64,000 bases of DNA from Ignavibacteriota bacterium. Lineage in GTDB: Bacteria > Bacteroidota > Ignavibacteria > UBA10030. The stretch's first letter is position 1; every line of letters begins with the position of its first letter. The translations under genes were made by a program, and so were the position numbers. The stretch lies in the NCBI GenBank assembly GCA_003162695.1, contig PMML01000112.1, positions 1,073 through 65,072 of the forward strand. The letters run 5' to 3'. Of the stretch, positions 16,641 to 26,493 are shown in pieces. The notes beneath the pieces were generated by a model that saw only the letters and a program-made list of their open reading frames with translations, had not been told where the DNA came from and did no database searches.

Positions 16641-18832
16641 TGACCGAGAAGGAAGAAAACTATAACGGCGGCACGGAAGGAAATCGGCAGCGTTGGCGAA
16701 AACGGTTTTTCTTCGTCAAGCTGGTTTTCTTTGCATTCTTTGCCGTCATTACGGCGAAATTGATTCAGTACCAGATTCTTGAATCAGAGAAGTTCCAGGC
16801 GCTGGCCCGCAAACAGTACGAGCAGAAATTTATTCTTCCGGCAACGCGCGGCAATATCTATGACCGGAACGGAAATGTCCTGGTTTCCAATACCATATTG
16901 GTTTCTTTTGCGGCGGATCCGAAAATTATAGGTGATAACGCAGACGCCGTTGCTGAAGCGTTCGGCCGCATTCTCGGCAAATCGAAATCGGCATACCTGT
17001 CCAAGCTGAATGAATCACAGGAAAAAAGATTTGTGTGGCTGGAACGGCGTGTTTCCCCCGATGTTGCGCAGCGTATCGAAGCGGCAAAATTGGCCGGTGT
17101 CGTTGCGATCAACGAACCGGAGCGTCTATACCATTATGACGAGCTTGCTTCAGCTCTCATCGGTTTTACCGATATCGATAACAGCGGCATTGCCGGTTTG
17201 GAGTACGAATACAACGACGAGATGAAAGGCGCCGACGGATCGGTGATGATGCAGCGGGACGGCATTGGGCGCGTCCATCCATCTGCAGATTATCCGCGCC
17301 GCGAACCGGTCAACGGGAACGCTCTCGTGCTGGCGATGGATCTGACGTATCAATCGATTGTTGATGAGGAGTTAAAACGGGGCGTCGACGCAAATAAAGC
17401 AGACGGCGGTCTTGCCGTCATGCTGAATCCGAAGACAGGAGAAATTCTGGCGCTTTCAGTCTATCCAAATGTCAATCCGAACAATGTCGGGAAATTCAAT
17501 ATTGCCCTTGCCCGCGACCGAGTCGTAACCGACGTGTTTGAGCCGGGATCGGTGTTCAAAATTGTAACTGCATCAGCAGCGTATGAAAATCATATTGTAA
17601 CGCCGGATCAGCCGTTTAACGCCGAGCACGGGAAAATGAAAATTGCGCTGAACGGAAAAAAATTTCGCATTATCAGCGATACGCACGAGTACGACCGATT
17701 GACTTTTCAGCAAGCTATCGAGCTTTCCAGCAATATTGTCTGTGCAAAAGTCGGGAAGCTGATCGGCGGAGAAATTTTTTATCGAGAAGCGAGGGATTTT
17801 GGTTTCGGAATTATCAGCGGCATCGATCTTCCGGGCGAAGTGCGCGGCATTCTCCGCAAGCCGAACGAATGGTCGGGCACGTCGCTGCAAACGATGGCGT
17901 ATGGATACGAGGTCGGCGTTACGCCGCTCCAGATCGCTTGCGCCTATGCAGCAGTTGCCAATAAGGGTGTTTTGATGAAGCCGTATGCCGTTGCACAGGT
18001 TAAGAATGCGGCCGGAACTGTAGTCCGGGAAAATAAACCGGAGCCGATCCGGAGGATCCTTTCGCAAAACACAGTCGACTTGCTGACGCAGGCGTTTGAA
18101 GGTGTTGTCGAGCGCGGCACGGGCAAGGAAGTCCGGACGCAAGGCGTTCGCATCGGCGGCAAGACCGGAACGTCCCGCAAATGGTCGGAAGGAAAATATT
18201 TGGAGAATAATTACACCGCATCGTTTGTCGGTTTTTTCCCGCTGGACGATCCGCAGGCCGTACTTTTGGTTATGATGGATAATCCCCGAACGCGCGGATA
18301 TTACGGAGGCATAACGAGCGGCCCGGTTTTCCGCGCCATTGCGGAACGAGTTATTGCGACATCGTATAAATATTCTCCCGCACTTGCTGCACGGACTGAA
18401 CAGGAATCCACCTCGCGTATCGTTCCTGATGTCCGCATGCTGCAGCCCTCGGTTGCGGAAAAAATGCTGACCGGCTGCGGTTTGCAATGCCGGACATTCG
18501 GAAAAGGCGCAATCGTGGCGCGCCAGATGCCGGAGCCGGGGAAAAAAGTTGAAAAAGGTGAATCGATTGCACTTGTTTTGAATGAAGAAGCTTTGCCGAT
18601 GAAAGACGGTTCAATTATCGTTCCCGATGTGCTGGGTATGAGCGTGCGGCGGGCTATGAATCGTCTGGTGATCGATGACTTCGATGTAAAGCTGCAGGGT
18701 TCCGGAGTCGTTACCGGTCAAACGCCTGCGCCGGGTCAAAATGTTTCTGTCGGTTCGAACATTGTTTTGGTGTGTGCGCCTCGCGGTCTTTCATTGCGCG
18801 CTCAAAAGACAGCTTCACCAGCGGTGAATTGA
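16637..18832 (+). CDS. ftsI: class B penicillin-binding protein (FtsI/PBP3-type) with two C-terminal PASTA domains
   Basis: An N-terminal TM anchor and the transpeptidase motifs SxxK 'GSVFKIV', SxN 'LSSNIV' and KTG 'GGKTGTS' are present. Two PASTA-like repeats follow: 'IVPDVRMLQPSVAEKML...GESIALVL' and 'IVPDVLGMSVRRAMNRL...GSNIVLVC'. Confidence 0.9.
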   Translation: MMTEKEENYNGGTEGNRQRWRKRFFFVKLVFFAFFAVITAKLIQYQILESEKFQALARKQYEQKFILPATRGNIYDRNGNVLVSNTILVSFAADPKIIGDNADAVAEAFGRILGKSKSAYLSKLNESQEKRFVWLERRVSPDVAQRIEAAKLAGVVAINEPERLYHYDELASALIGFTDIDNSGIAGLEYEYNDEMKGADGSVMMQRDGIGRVHPSADYPRREPVNGNALVLAMDLTYQSIVDEELKRGVDANKADGGLAVMLNPKTGEILALSVYPNVNPNNVGKFNIALARDRVVTDVFEPGSVFKIVTASAAYENHIVTPDQPFNAEHGKMKIALNGKKFRIISDTHEYDRLTFQQAIELSSNIVCAKVGKLIGGEIFYREARDFGFGIISGIDLPGEVRGILRKPNEWSGTSLQTMAYGYEVGVTPLQIACAYAAVANKGVLMKPYAVAQVKNAAGTVVRENKPEPIRRILSQNTVDLLTQAFEGVVERGTGKEVRTQGVRIGGKTGTSRKWSEGKYLENNYTASFVGFFPLDDPQAVLLVMMDNPRTRGYYGGITSGPVFRAIAERVIATSYKYSPALAARTEQESTSRIVPDVRMLQPSVAEKMLTGCGLQCRTFGKGAIVARQMPEPGKKVEKGESIALVLNEEALPMKDGSIIVPDVLGMSVRRAMNRLVIDDFDVKLQGSGVVTGQTPAPGQNVSVGSNIVLVCAPRGLSLRAQKTASPAVN

Positions 18833-18836
18833 GAAT

Positions 18837-20333
18837 ATGAATTTGGCAAAACTTCTTGAAGGTGTGAGTGTTTCAAAACTGTTCCAGACGATGTTCGGAC
18901 AGATGGCTGTGACGCAGGATATTATGCTTGCAGGTTTGCAGTACGATTCCCGCAAGGTGCACCAGAACGACTGCTTCGTTGCGATCAAAGGCTCATCCAG
19001 CGACGGCCACCGGTTTTTGCAGACAGCAATTGCCAACGGCGCTAAAGCAGTCGTTGTCGAAGACGATCAGGCGATTCCCGATCCTTTGTGTATGCACACC
19101 GGCGTGATTAAAATTGTCGTTCCCGATACGCGCAGGGCGCTGGCACAGATGGCTGCAAATTACTACGGGCATCCGTCCCGGAATATGAAAGTGGCCGGTG
19201 TGACCGGAACGAATGGAAAAACGACAACAACACATTTATTGAAATCTATTTTCGAAAGCGCAGGAGAGAAAACCGGATTGATCGGAACCATCGAATACCG
19301 CATCGGCGAAAGAGTCGTTCCGGCAACCCATACGACTCCCGAGTCTCTTGAACTGCAGCAGTTCTTTGCGGAAATGGCCAAAGAAGGATGCACGGCGGTT
19401 TCCATGGAAGTCTCATCGCATGCACTGCACCAGTCCCGCGTTTCCGGAATCGATTTCGATGCGGCAGTGTTTTCGAATTTAACGCAGGATCATCTGGATT
19501 ATCACGGGACAATGGAAAAATATTTTGAGGCAAAGAAAATATTTTTCAATATGCTGAAACCGGATGCATGTGCGGTGTTTAATGCCGATGATCCGTACGG
19601 ATCGCGGTTGGTAGAGTCGTCAACCGCGCGAAAGATATCGTACGGCATCGAACAGGAAGCGGATGTCCGGGCCGGGCGTGTGGACTTGAGCATCAACGGC
19701 ACGTCGATGGAAGTTTTCTACGGCGGCGGGAAATTGACAATCACGTCGCCGCTTATCGGACGCTTCAATGCATACAATATTCTTTCTGCCGCCGCCGCGG
19801 CTTTCGGACTTGGAATCTCCGAAGAGAAAATCCAGGAAGGAATTTCCCGTGTTGCGAATGTACGGGGACGTTTTGAACGTATTGCATCGCCGAAAGGGTG
19901 GACGGCAATTGTCGATTATGCGCATACTCCCGATGCGCTGGAAAACTGCCTGCGAGCGATTCATGACGTTCTTCCGGCAAAAAATCGCGGCGCCGTTATT
20001 ACGGTTTTTGGAGCAGGAGGAGACAGGGATAAAACAAAACGTTCTCTCATGGGCGAAGTTGCCGGGCGGCTGAGCGATCTTGTGATTGTGACATCGGACA
20101 ATCCGCGGACAGAGGACCCGGAAACGATTGTCGATGAGGTTTTACGCGGCATCACACAGCATGCAAGCGTTCTGCGCGAAATGGACCGAGCTCTTGCAAT
20201 CGAACGCGCACTGAGCGCGGCGCATGCAGGAGATGTCGTTCTTATTGCCGGAAAAGGACATGAAGACTATCAGATTATAGGAAAAGAAAAACGGCATTTC
20301 AGCGATCGGGAAGTAATTGAGAAATTTTTATGA
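18837..20333 (+). CDS. murE: UDP-N-acetylmuramoyl-L-alanyl-D-glutamate--2,6-diaminopimelate ligase
   Basis: 'GVTGTNGKTTTTHLL', 'DNPRTEDP' and 'DYAHTPDAL' are present, and the gene sits in dcw order. Confidence 0.95.
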   Translation: MNLAKLLEGVSVSKLFQTMFGQMAVTQDIMLAGLQYDSRKVHQNDCFVAIKGSSSDGHRFLQTAIANGAKAVVVEDDQAIPDPLCMHTGVIKIVVPDTRRALAQMAANYYGHPSRNMKVAGVTGTNGKTTTTHLLKSIFESAGEKTGLIGTIEYRIGERVVPATHTTPESLELQQFFAEMAKEGCTAVSMEVSSHALHQSRVSGIDFDAAVFSNLTQDHLDYHGTMEKYFEAKKIFFNMLKPDACAVFNADDPYGSRLVESSTARKISYGIEQEADVRAGRVDLSINGTSMEVFYGGGKLTITSPLIGRFNAYNILSAAAAAFGLGISEEKIQEGISRVANVRGRFERIASPKGWTAIVDYAHTPDALENCLRAIHDVLPAKNRGAVITVFGAGGDRDKTKRSLMGEVAGRLSDLVIVTSDNPRTEDPETIVDEVLRGITQHASVLREMDRALAIERALSAAHAGDVVLIAGKGHEDYQIIGKEKRHFSDREVIEKFL

Positions 20334-21739
20334 AACTGACAAAGAAAGATATCCTGAGTATTCCGCATATTCAAGCGTCCGGTTTTGACTTTCCCGGGCC
20401 TCTTGATGTAACGGGCGTGTCGATAGATTCGCGCACGGTCAATCCCGGAGAATTATTCGTTGCGATTCGCGGTGATCAATTCGACGGGCATAATTTTATT
20501 TCAAAGGCAGTCGAGCAGAAAGCATCCGCGCTTGTCGTAGAGAAGCGCTGGGCTTCCGGAAACATTACCATGCTGGTCAGTCTGAATCTTCCGATCCTCG
20601 TCGTCGAAAATACCGTTCATGCACTCGGACGGCTGGCAACAATTTACCGGAGGCGATTCGATATTCCCGTTCTCGCGGTCGCAGGCTCGAACGGCAAAAC
20701 AACGACGAAGGAAATGATCGAGAACGTTTTATCCGCAAAGTACAATGTCCTTTGCACGCAGGGGAATTTGAACAATCATATCGGTGTTCCGCAAACGCTG
20801 TTCCGCCTCGAGAAAAAACACGAGGTTGTCGTGATCGAAATCGGAACCAACCATCCGGGCGAGATAACATATTTGTGTAATGTTGCAGAACCGACGCATG
20901 GAATGATTACCAATATCGGGCGCGAGCATCTGGAGTTTTTTGGCACCATCGAAGGCGCGGCCAAAGCGGAAGGGGAATTGCCCCTCTGGATTGCTGCTCA
21001 TGACGGAGTCTTCTTGATCAATGCAGATGATGCGCGCATCGTTCGGCTTGCAAAAAAAATGAAGAAAGCGGTGACGTACGGATTTTCAGCGCGTGCCGCG
21101 AAAGTAAAAGGATCCGGGCTGAACATGAACGAGCAGGCATGCGCTTCGTTCTTTATAAAGGCAGGAACCCAAAAAAAATTCTCAGTACAGCTTGCCGTGC
21201 CGAGCGAACACAATGCGAAAAATGCGCTTGCCGCGGCGGCGGCGGGACTAGTCTTCAAAGTGACGCCTGCAGATATTCAAAGAACGCTCGGACAATTTTC
21301 TTCGGTCGGCAGGCGGATGCAGCTGCTCACAATGAACGGTGTAACGATCATCAACGATACGTACAATGCAAATCCGGAGTCGATGATAGCTGCTTTGAAA
21401 ACACTCAGAGCGACACGAACAACAGGGAAACGAATTGCGGTGTTTGGCGATATGCGCGAGCTCGGTCCGGACGCGCCGGAAATGCACCGTCAGATTGGGG
21501 AATCGGCCGGAACGTACGGCGTCGATATTTTGCTGACGTACGGCAGTCTGGCTGCACATATTTCCGATGCTGCGGTTGTCGCCGCAAAAACACACTTTGA
21601 ACAAAAATCAGCATTGATCGAATATACCCTGCGGACGATCGCCCCGGGGGATATCGTCCTTGTGAAAGGGTCCCGAGGAATGAAAATGGAAGATATAGTT
21701 GCAGCAATCAACGAACGATTTTCACAGACGATGGTATAA
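20330..21739 (+). CDS. murF: UDP-N-acetylmuramoyl-tripeptide--D-alanyl-D-alanine ligase
   Basis: 'AVAGSNGKTTTKEMI', 'NDTYNANPESM' and 'VLVKGSRGMKME' are present. The start overlaps the murE stop. Confidence 0.9.
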   Translation: MKLTKKDILSIPHIQASGFDFPGPLDVTGVSIDSRTVNPGELFVAIRGDQFDGHNFISKAVEQKASALVVEKRWASGNITMLVSLNLPILVVENTVHALGRLATIYRRRFDIPVLAVAGSNGKTTTKEMIENVLSAKYNVLCTQGNLNNHIGVPQTLFRLEKKHEVVVIEIGTNHPGEITYLCNVAEPTHGMITNIGREHLEFFGTIEGAAKAEGELPLWIAAHDGVFLINADDARIVRLAKKMKKAVTYGFSARAAKVKGSGLNMNEQACASFFIKAGTQKKFSVQLAVPSEHNAKNALAAAAAGLVFKVTPADIQRTLGQFSSVGRRMQLLTMNGVTIINDTYNANPESMIAALKTLRATRTTGKRIAVFGDMRELGPDAPEMHRQIGESAGTYGVDILLTYGSLAAHISDAAVVAAKTHFEQKSALIEYTLRTIAPGDIVLVKGSRGMKMEDIVAAINERFSQTMV

Positions 21740-21743
21740 GCGT

Positions 21744-22868
21744 ATGCTCTATTATCTCTTTGCCTATCTGCATAAAACGTTCAACGTACCGGGATTCGGC
21801 GTTTTTCGGTACATCACATTCCGTGCCGGCGCAGCGGCGTTTACCGCGCTGATCATTTCATTTTGGCTCGGACCGAAAATTATTAAAATGCTTCGCAGCC
21901 GGCAGATTGGGGAATCGGCAAAATTGGAAGCCCCCAAAAATCACCTGACCAAAGCCGGCACGCCGACCATGGGAGGGTTTATCGTGCTGGCTTCCATTGT
22001 CATTCCGGCTCTTTTGTGGACGGATCTTAAAAATATGTATGTCGTTCTGATTCTTTTCGTCACCATAGCCCTCGGTGCTGTAGGCTTTCTGGACGATTAT
22101 TTGAAAGTGATCAAGAAAAAACCGAAAGGGCTTATAGGACGGTATAAAATTGCCGGGCAAATTTTTGTCGGGCTTGTTGTCGGCGGCATGATCTATTTCT
22201 TTCCGCAATGGATTGATCCCGATTTATGGCGACTGAAATCGAGCACGACAGTTCCTTTTTATAAATACACGGAATTCGATTTCGGTCTCCTCTATATTCC
22301 AATGGTCATCTTTGTCATTACGGCGACCTCGAATGCCGTTAATCTCACGGACGGCCTGGATGGTCTTGCTATCGGGAACGTTGGCATTGTCAGCTTGACA
22401 CTTGCGATTATGTCGTACGTTTCGGGGCATTCCATATGGAGCCAGTACCTGACTATTCCATATCTGCGGGGAAACGGAGAACTTGCCATTTATTGTTCCG
22501 CTATTGTCGGTGCGTCACTTGGATTCCTCTGGTTCAATTCGTATCCAGCCCAGGTGTTTATGGGAGATACGGGATCGCTGGCGCTCGGCGGTATTATCGG
22601 TGCTCTCTGTGTGCTTATTAAAAAAGAATTCCTTCTGCCGACACTCGGCGGTGTTTTTCTTATGGAAACCGTATCTGTGATCATCCAGCGTATGTATTTC
22701 AAGTATACAAAAAAAAAATACGGCGAAGGAAGACGAGTTTTCAAAATGGCGCCTATCCATCATCACTTTGAAATGAAGGGATGGTCTGAGCCGAAGATTG
22801 TAATCCGGTTTTATATTATCGCCGTTATTCTGATGATTCTGAGCTTGTCGACATTTAAGGTTCGTTAA
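21744..22868 (+). CDS. mraY: phospho-N-acetylmuramoyl-pentapeptide transferase
   Basis: 'GTPTMGG', 'NAVNLTDGLDGLA', 'VFMGDTGSLALGG' and 'APIHHHFE' are present. I chose the ATG at 21744 (MLYYLFAYL..); the track ORF begins at 21699 inside murF. Confidence 0.95.
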   Translation: MLYYLFAYLHKTFNVPGFGVFRYITFRAGAAAFTALIISFWLGPKIIKMLRSRQIGESAKLEAPKNHLTKAGTPTMGGFIVLASIVIPALLWTDLKNMYVVLILFVTIALGAVGFLDDYLKVIKKKPKGLIGRYKIAGQIFVGLVVGGMIYFFPQWIDPDLWRLKSSTTVPFYKYTEFDFGLLYIPMVIFVITATSNAVNLTDGLDGLAIGNVGIVSLTLAIMSYVSGHSIWSQYLTIPYLRGNGELAIYCSAIVGASLGFLWFNSYPAQVFMGDTGSLALGGIIGALCVLIKKEFLLPTLGGVFLMETVSVIIQRMYFKYTKKKYGEGRRVFKMAPIHHHFEMKGWSEPKIVIRFYIIAVILMILSLSTFKVR

Positions 22869-22872
22869 AAAA

Positions 22873-24228
22873 ATGGATCAAACGTCGCTGTTACATAAAA
22901 AAGTTTCGGTTATCGGCGCTGCACGGAGCGGCATTGCCGCTGCACGCTTGCTGCAGGCGCATGGCGCCGATGTCCTTATCAGCGATACATCTCCTGCTGA
23001 GAAACTGCAAACTTCCATCGTGGAACTGAAAGCTGCTGGAATTGCATTCGAAACCGGAAAACATACTGAGCGTGTCTATGACTGTGCATTGATGGTCATT
23101 AGTCCCGGTGTGCCGAACAATGCGCCGGTTGTTCTGGAGGCTCAGAAACGGGGAAAGGAAATTGTGAGTGAACTCGAAGCAGGGAGCTGGTTCTGCCGTG
23201 CACCTATCGTTGCAATTACGGGCAGCAATGGAAAAACGACCACAACCACATTAATAGGAGAGATACTCGAAAACGCAAAAAAGAAACATGTTGTTGCCGG
23301 CAATATCGGAACGGCTTTCTCGTCTCTCGTTTCCGGTCTGACTGATACAGATATTGCAGTTCTTGAAGTAAGCAGCTTTCAACTCGATCATATTTCGACA
23401 TTCCGTCCGCGGATTTCAGCGCTGCTCAACATTACACCCGACCATATGGACCGTTATGATCACTCGATGGAAAAATACGCGGCGTCAAAAGCGCGTGTCT
23501 TCGAGAATCAGGCCGGAGACGATGTCGTTCTTTACAATGCAGACGATGAATGGACGGAAAAAGTAATCGGGAACGCACGCTGCCGAAAAATCTGTTTCAC
23601 CGTAAAAACGATCCTCTCTGAAGGGGCGTTTCTGGAGAAGGGAATGCTGGTCACTGTTCTTAACGGTGAACGGGTGGAAATTATACCGAGCAAAAATATT
23701 TTTATAAAAGGGACACACAACCTTTATAACGCGATGGCGTCGGTGCTTGCCGGGCAGCTGCTCGGGGTGGATGCAGCGTCCATTCGCTCGACGCTTGAGA
23801 CATTCAAAGGCGTGGAACACCGCCTGGAATTTGTGCGTGATTTGAACAACATCCGTTATTATAATGATTCGAAAGCAACAAATGTCGACTCCGTTTGGTA
23901 CGCTCTTCAGGCATTCGAACAGCCGATTGTGATGATACTGGGCGGACGGGATAAAGGGAACGATTATTCCCGGCTGAACGAACTTGTGAAGGAACATGTG
24001 CGGGCGATTGTAGCTATCGGTGAATCGTCCGCAACGGTGGAAAATGCGTTTCGCGGAACGGTTGTCGTCAAGAAAGCCGCTTCGATGGAAGAGGCCGTCT
24101 CGACCGCAAAATTTTTGGCTGAGCCGGGTGATGTTGTGCTTCTTTCGCCCGCCTGCGCTTCCTTCGATTGGTTCCGAAATTATGAGCACCGGGGCGAAGT
24201 CTTTAAAGAGCTTGTAAACACATTGTGA
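22873..24228 (+). CDS. murD: UDP-N-acetylmuramoylalanine--D-glutamate ligase
   Basis: 'VSVIGAARSG', 'AITGSNGKTTTTTLI' and 'NDSKATNVDS' are present. Confidence 0.9.
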   Translation: MDQTSLLHKKVSVIGAARSGIAAARLLQAHGADVLISDTSPAEKLQTSIVELKAAGIAFETGKHTERVYDCALMVISPGVPNNAPVVLEAQKRGKEIVSELEAGSWFCRAPIVAITGSNGKTTTTTLIGEILENAKKKHVVAGNIGTAFSSLVSGLTDTDIAVLEVSSFQLDHISTFRPRISALLNITPDHMDRYDHSMEKYAASKARVFENQAGDDVVLYNADDEWTEKVIGNARCRKICFTVKTILSEGAFLEKGMLVTVLNGERVEIIPSKNIFIKGTHNLYNAMASVLAGQLLGVDAASIRSTLETFKGVEHRLEFVRDLNNIRYYNDSKATNVDSVWYALQAFEQPIVMILGGRDKGNDYSRLNELVKEHVRAIVAIGESSATVENAFRGTVVVKKAASMEEAVSTAKFLAEPGDVVLLSPACASFDWFRNYEHRGEVFKELVNTL

Positions 24229-25388
24229 CAACGATGCAGAAAAATCATATCGATATCTGGCTCATGGTTGCCGTTCTGGGGCTGATGGTGATCAGTCTTG
24301 GCGTCGTCTACAGCGCTTCGGCTGAATGGGCTTACGCACGGTATGAAAATCAGAATCACTATATCGACCTGCATGCGATTAAAATTCTGCTGAGTATCGG
24401 CGCGCTGTTTGCAGGGCTGAGTATACCGTACCGTGTGTATAAAAAGCTTGCAAAACCGGCGCTCATTATCGCCATTGCATTCTTAGCGGTCACGCTTTTA
24501 CTCGGAGGCGAAACAAAAGGCGCGGTGCGCTGGCTTCATTACGGCGGCCTGGGTTTCCAGCCGTCTGAATTTGCAAAATTTACTTTGCTCTTCTATTTGT
24601 GTGCATTACTGACAGTCAAGGGGGAAACGATCAGAGATCTGAAAAAAGGATTCATTCCTGCGATGGTATGGGTCGGCATCGTGACGTTGTTGGTGATGCT
24701 GCAGCCGAATTTCAGCACGGCTGCAATGATTATTATTCTTTCGATTATGATCCTTTTTGTCGGCGGTGTGCGTTTCTCGCATCTGACGGCGACCATGGGG
24801 TGCCTCATTCCGGTGCTTGCCGGGTACATTCTCATTGCTCCGTACCGCCTGCAGCGCATGAAGCTGTTCATGCAAAGCCGTACGAACGGCAGGGCGAATT
24901 ATCAACTCTGGCAAGGCATGATCGGATTCGGCAACGGAGGAATTTTCGGCGTAGGTCCGGGCGAAAGCAGGCAGCGCGATCTCTTCCTGCCGGAATCGTA
25001 CAACGATTTTGTGTACTCGATTATCGGAGAAGAATACGGATTTATCGGAGCTGTTTTTATTCTTGCTGTATTCTTGTTCATTATGATTCGCGGCTATAAA
25101 ATTGCAAAGAATGCAAAAGACGATTTCGGACGTTACCTTGCGATTGCCATCACCGGAACGATTACCCTGTATGCAGTCGTCAATGCCTGCGTTGCGCTCG
25201 GTATTTTCCCGACGACCGGATTGCCGATGCCGTTCATCAGCTATGGCGGATCGGCGCTGCTGATGACCGCGTTTGGTGCAGGCGTGCTGCTGAATATTTC
25301 CGCATATACCGATATGCACCCGCGCATCGTCAAAGCAGGGACGGCAATGGAACCGCCGCCGTCCGCAGAACTTGGAAAGGCGTACTGA
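24225..25388 (+). CDS. ftsW: peptidoglycan glycosyltransferase FtsW (SEDS family)
   Basis: It has about 10 TM segments, with 'GFQPSEFAKF', 'PDFSTA-like QPNFSTA' and 'TGLPMPFISYGGSALL'. The GTG start overlaps the murD stop. Confidence 0.9.
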   Translation: MTTMQKNHIDIWLMVAVLGLMVISLGVVYSASAEWAYARYENQNHYIDLHAIKILLSIGALFAGLSIPYRVYKKLAKPALIIAIAFLAVTLLLGGETKGAVRWLHYGGLGFQPSEFAKFTLLFYLCALLTVKGETIRDLKKGFIPAMVWVGIVTLLVMLQPNFSTAAMIIILSIMILFVGGVRFSHLTATMGCLIPVLAGYILIAPYRLQRMKLFMQSRTNGRANYQLWQGMIGFGNGGIFGVGPGESRQRDLFLPESYNDFVYSIIGEEYGFIGAVFILAVFLFIMIRGYKIAKNAKDDFGRYLAIAITGTITLYAVVNACVALGIFPTTGLPMPFISYGGSALLMTAFGAGVLLNISAYTDMHPRIVKAGTAMEPPPSAELGKAY

Positions 25389-26493
25389 GATCGCAGCGGA
25401 AGAACACATAAAGGTTCTCATTGCGGCCGGAGGCACCGGAGGGCATGTTTTTCCGGCACTTGCGATCGCGGATGAAATAAAGAAAATAAGGCCGGATGCG
25501 AAATTTTTATTTACGGGAACCAAAGGAAAAATAGAATCGCGCGTCGTTCCGGAGCGCGGCTACGAATTTTCAACAATCTGGATCAGCGGATTTCACAGGA
25601 GTCTTCGTTCGGAAAATCTCTTGTTTCCATTGAAGGCCGCCGTTTCACTGATTCAATCGTTCTTTCTCATTAGAAAGTTTTCACCGGATGTTGTTGTCGG
25701 TACCGGCGGGTATGTCTGCGGTCCGGTACTGGCTGCGGCGTTGCTGCTGGGCATTCCGTCAGTTGTCCACGAGTCCAACAGTTATCCCGGCATCACTACA
25801 CGCATACTCTCGTCGAGAGTGTCAAAAGTCTTCATTGCTTTCGATGCGACGCGCCGGAAGCTGAAACGTCAGGACAACATTGATCTGGTCGGAACGCCGA
25901 CCCGCGATATTCTCGGCAGCGTTTCGAGGGAAGCAGGGATTGCACGATTTCATTTGGATGCCGGCAGGACGACCGTTTTGGTGGTCGGCGGAAGTCTCGG
26001 CGCTTCCTCCATCAATCGTGCTGTCAAGAGCTGTGCGGAAGAAATTGCAGCGCATGGATCTCAGTTTATCTGGCAGACCGGTGCGACCGATGCGGCGCTT
26101 GCTGAGTTTATGAAAACAAAATGTATCGGCTGGGTCGGACCTTTTATCGACGACATCGAATATGCTTATGCTGCCGCCGATATCGTTATTTGCCGCGCCG
26201 GCGCAACGACTTTGGCGGAAATCACGCGGCTGGGAAAAACTGCAATCGTTGTGCCGTATCCGTATGCCGCCGCTGACCACCAGAGCTTCAATGCGAAAGT
26301 TTTAGCGGAAAGCGGAGCGGCGCTTCTGGTGAAAGATTCCGATCTGAAGGAGTACTTACTGCCGGTGTTGAACGGACTTTTAAAAGACAAGGCATTGCGA
26401 AACAGGATCGGCGATGCCTGCCGGTTGTTCGGAATGCCGGATGCAGGAAAAGTTATTGCGAAAGAAATCGTATCGCTCATTCGAGAGCATTGA
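25372..26493 (+). CDS. murG: UDP-N-acetylglucosamine--N-acetylmuramyl-(pentapeptide) pyrophosphoryl-undecaprenol GlcNAc transferase
   Basis: 'AAGGTGGHVFPALAIA', 'GTGGYV' and 'ICRAGATTLAEI' are present. The TTG start overlaps the ftsW end by 17 nt. Confidence 0.9.
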   Translation: MERRTEIAAEEHIKVLIAAGGTGGHVFPALAIADEIKKIRPDAKFLFTGTKGKIESRVVPERGYEFSTIWISGFHRSLRSENLLFPLKAAVSLIQSFFLIRKFSPDVVVGTGGYVCGPVLAAALLLGIPSVVHESNSYPGITTRILSSRVSKVFIAFDATRRKLKRQDNIDLVGTPTRDILGSVSREAGIARFHLDAGRTTVLVVGGSLGASSINRAVKSCAEEIAAHGSQFIWQTGATDAALAEFMKTKCIGWVGPFIDDIEYAYAAADIVICRAGATTLAEITRLGKTAIVVPYPYAAADHQSFNAKVLAESGAALLVKDSDLKEYLLPVLNGLLKDKALRNRIGDACRLFGMPDAGKVIAKEIVSLIREH

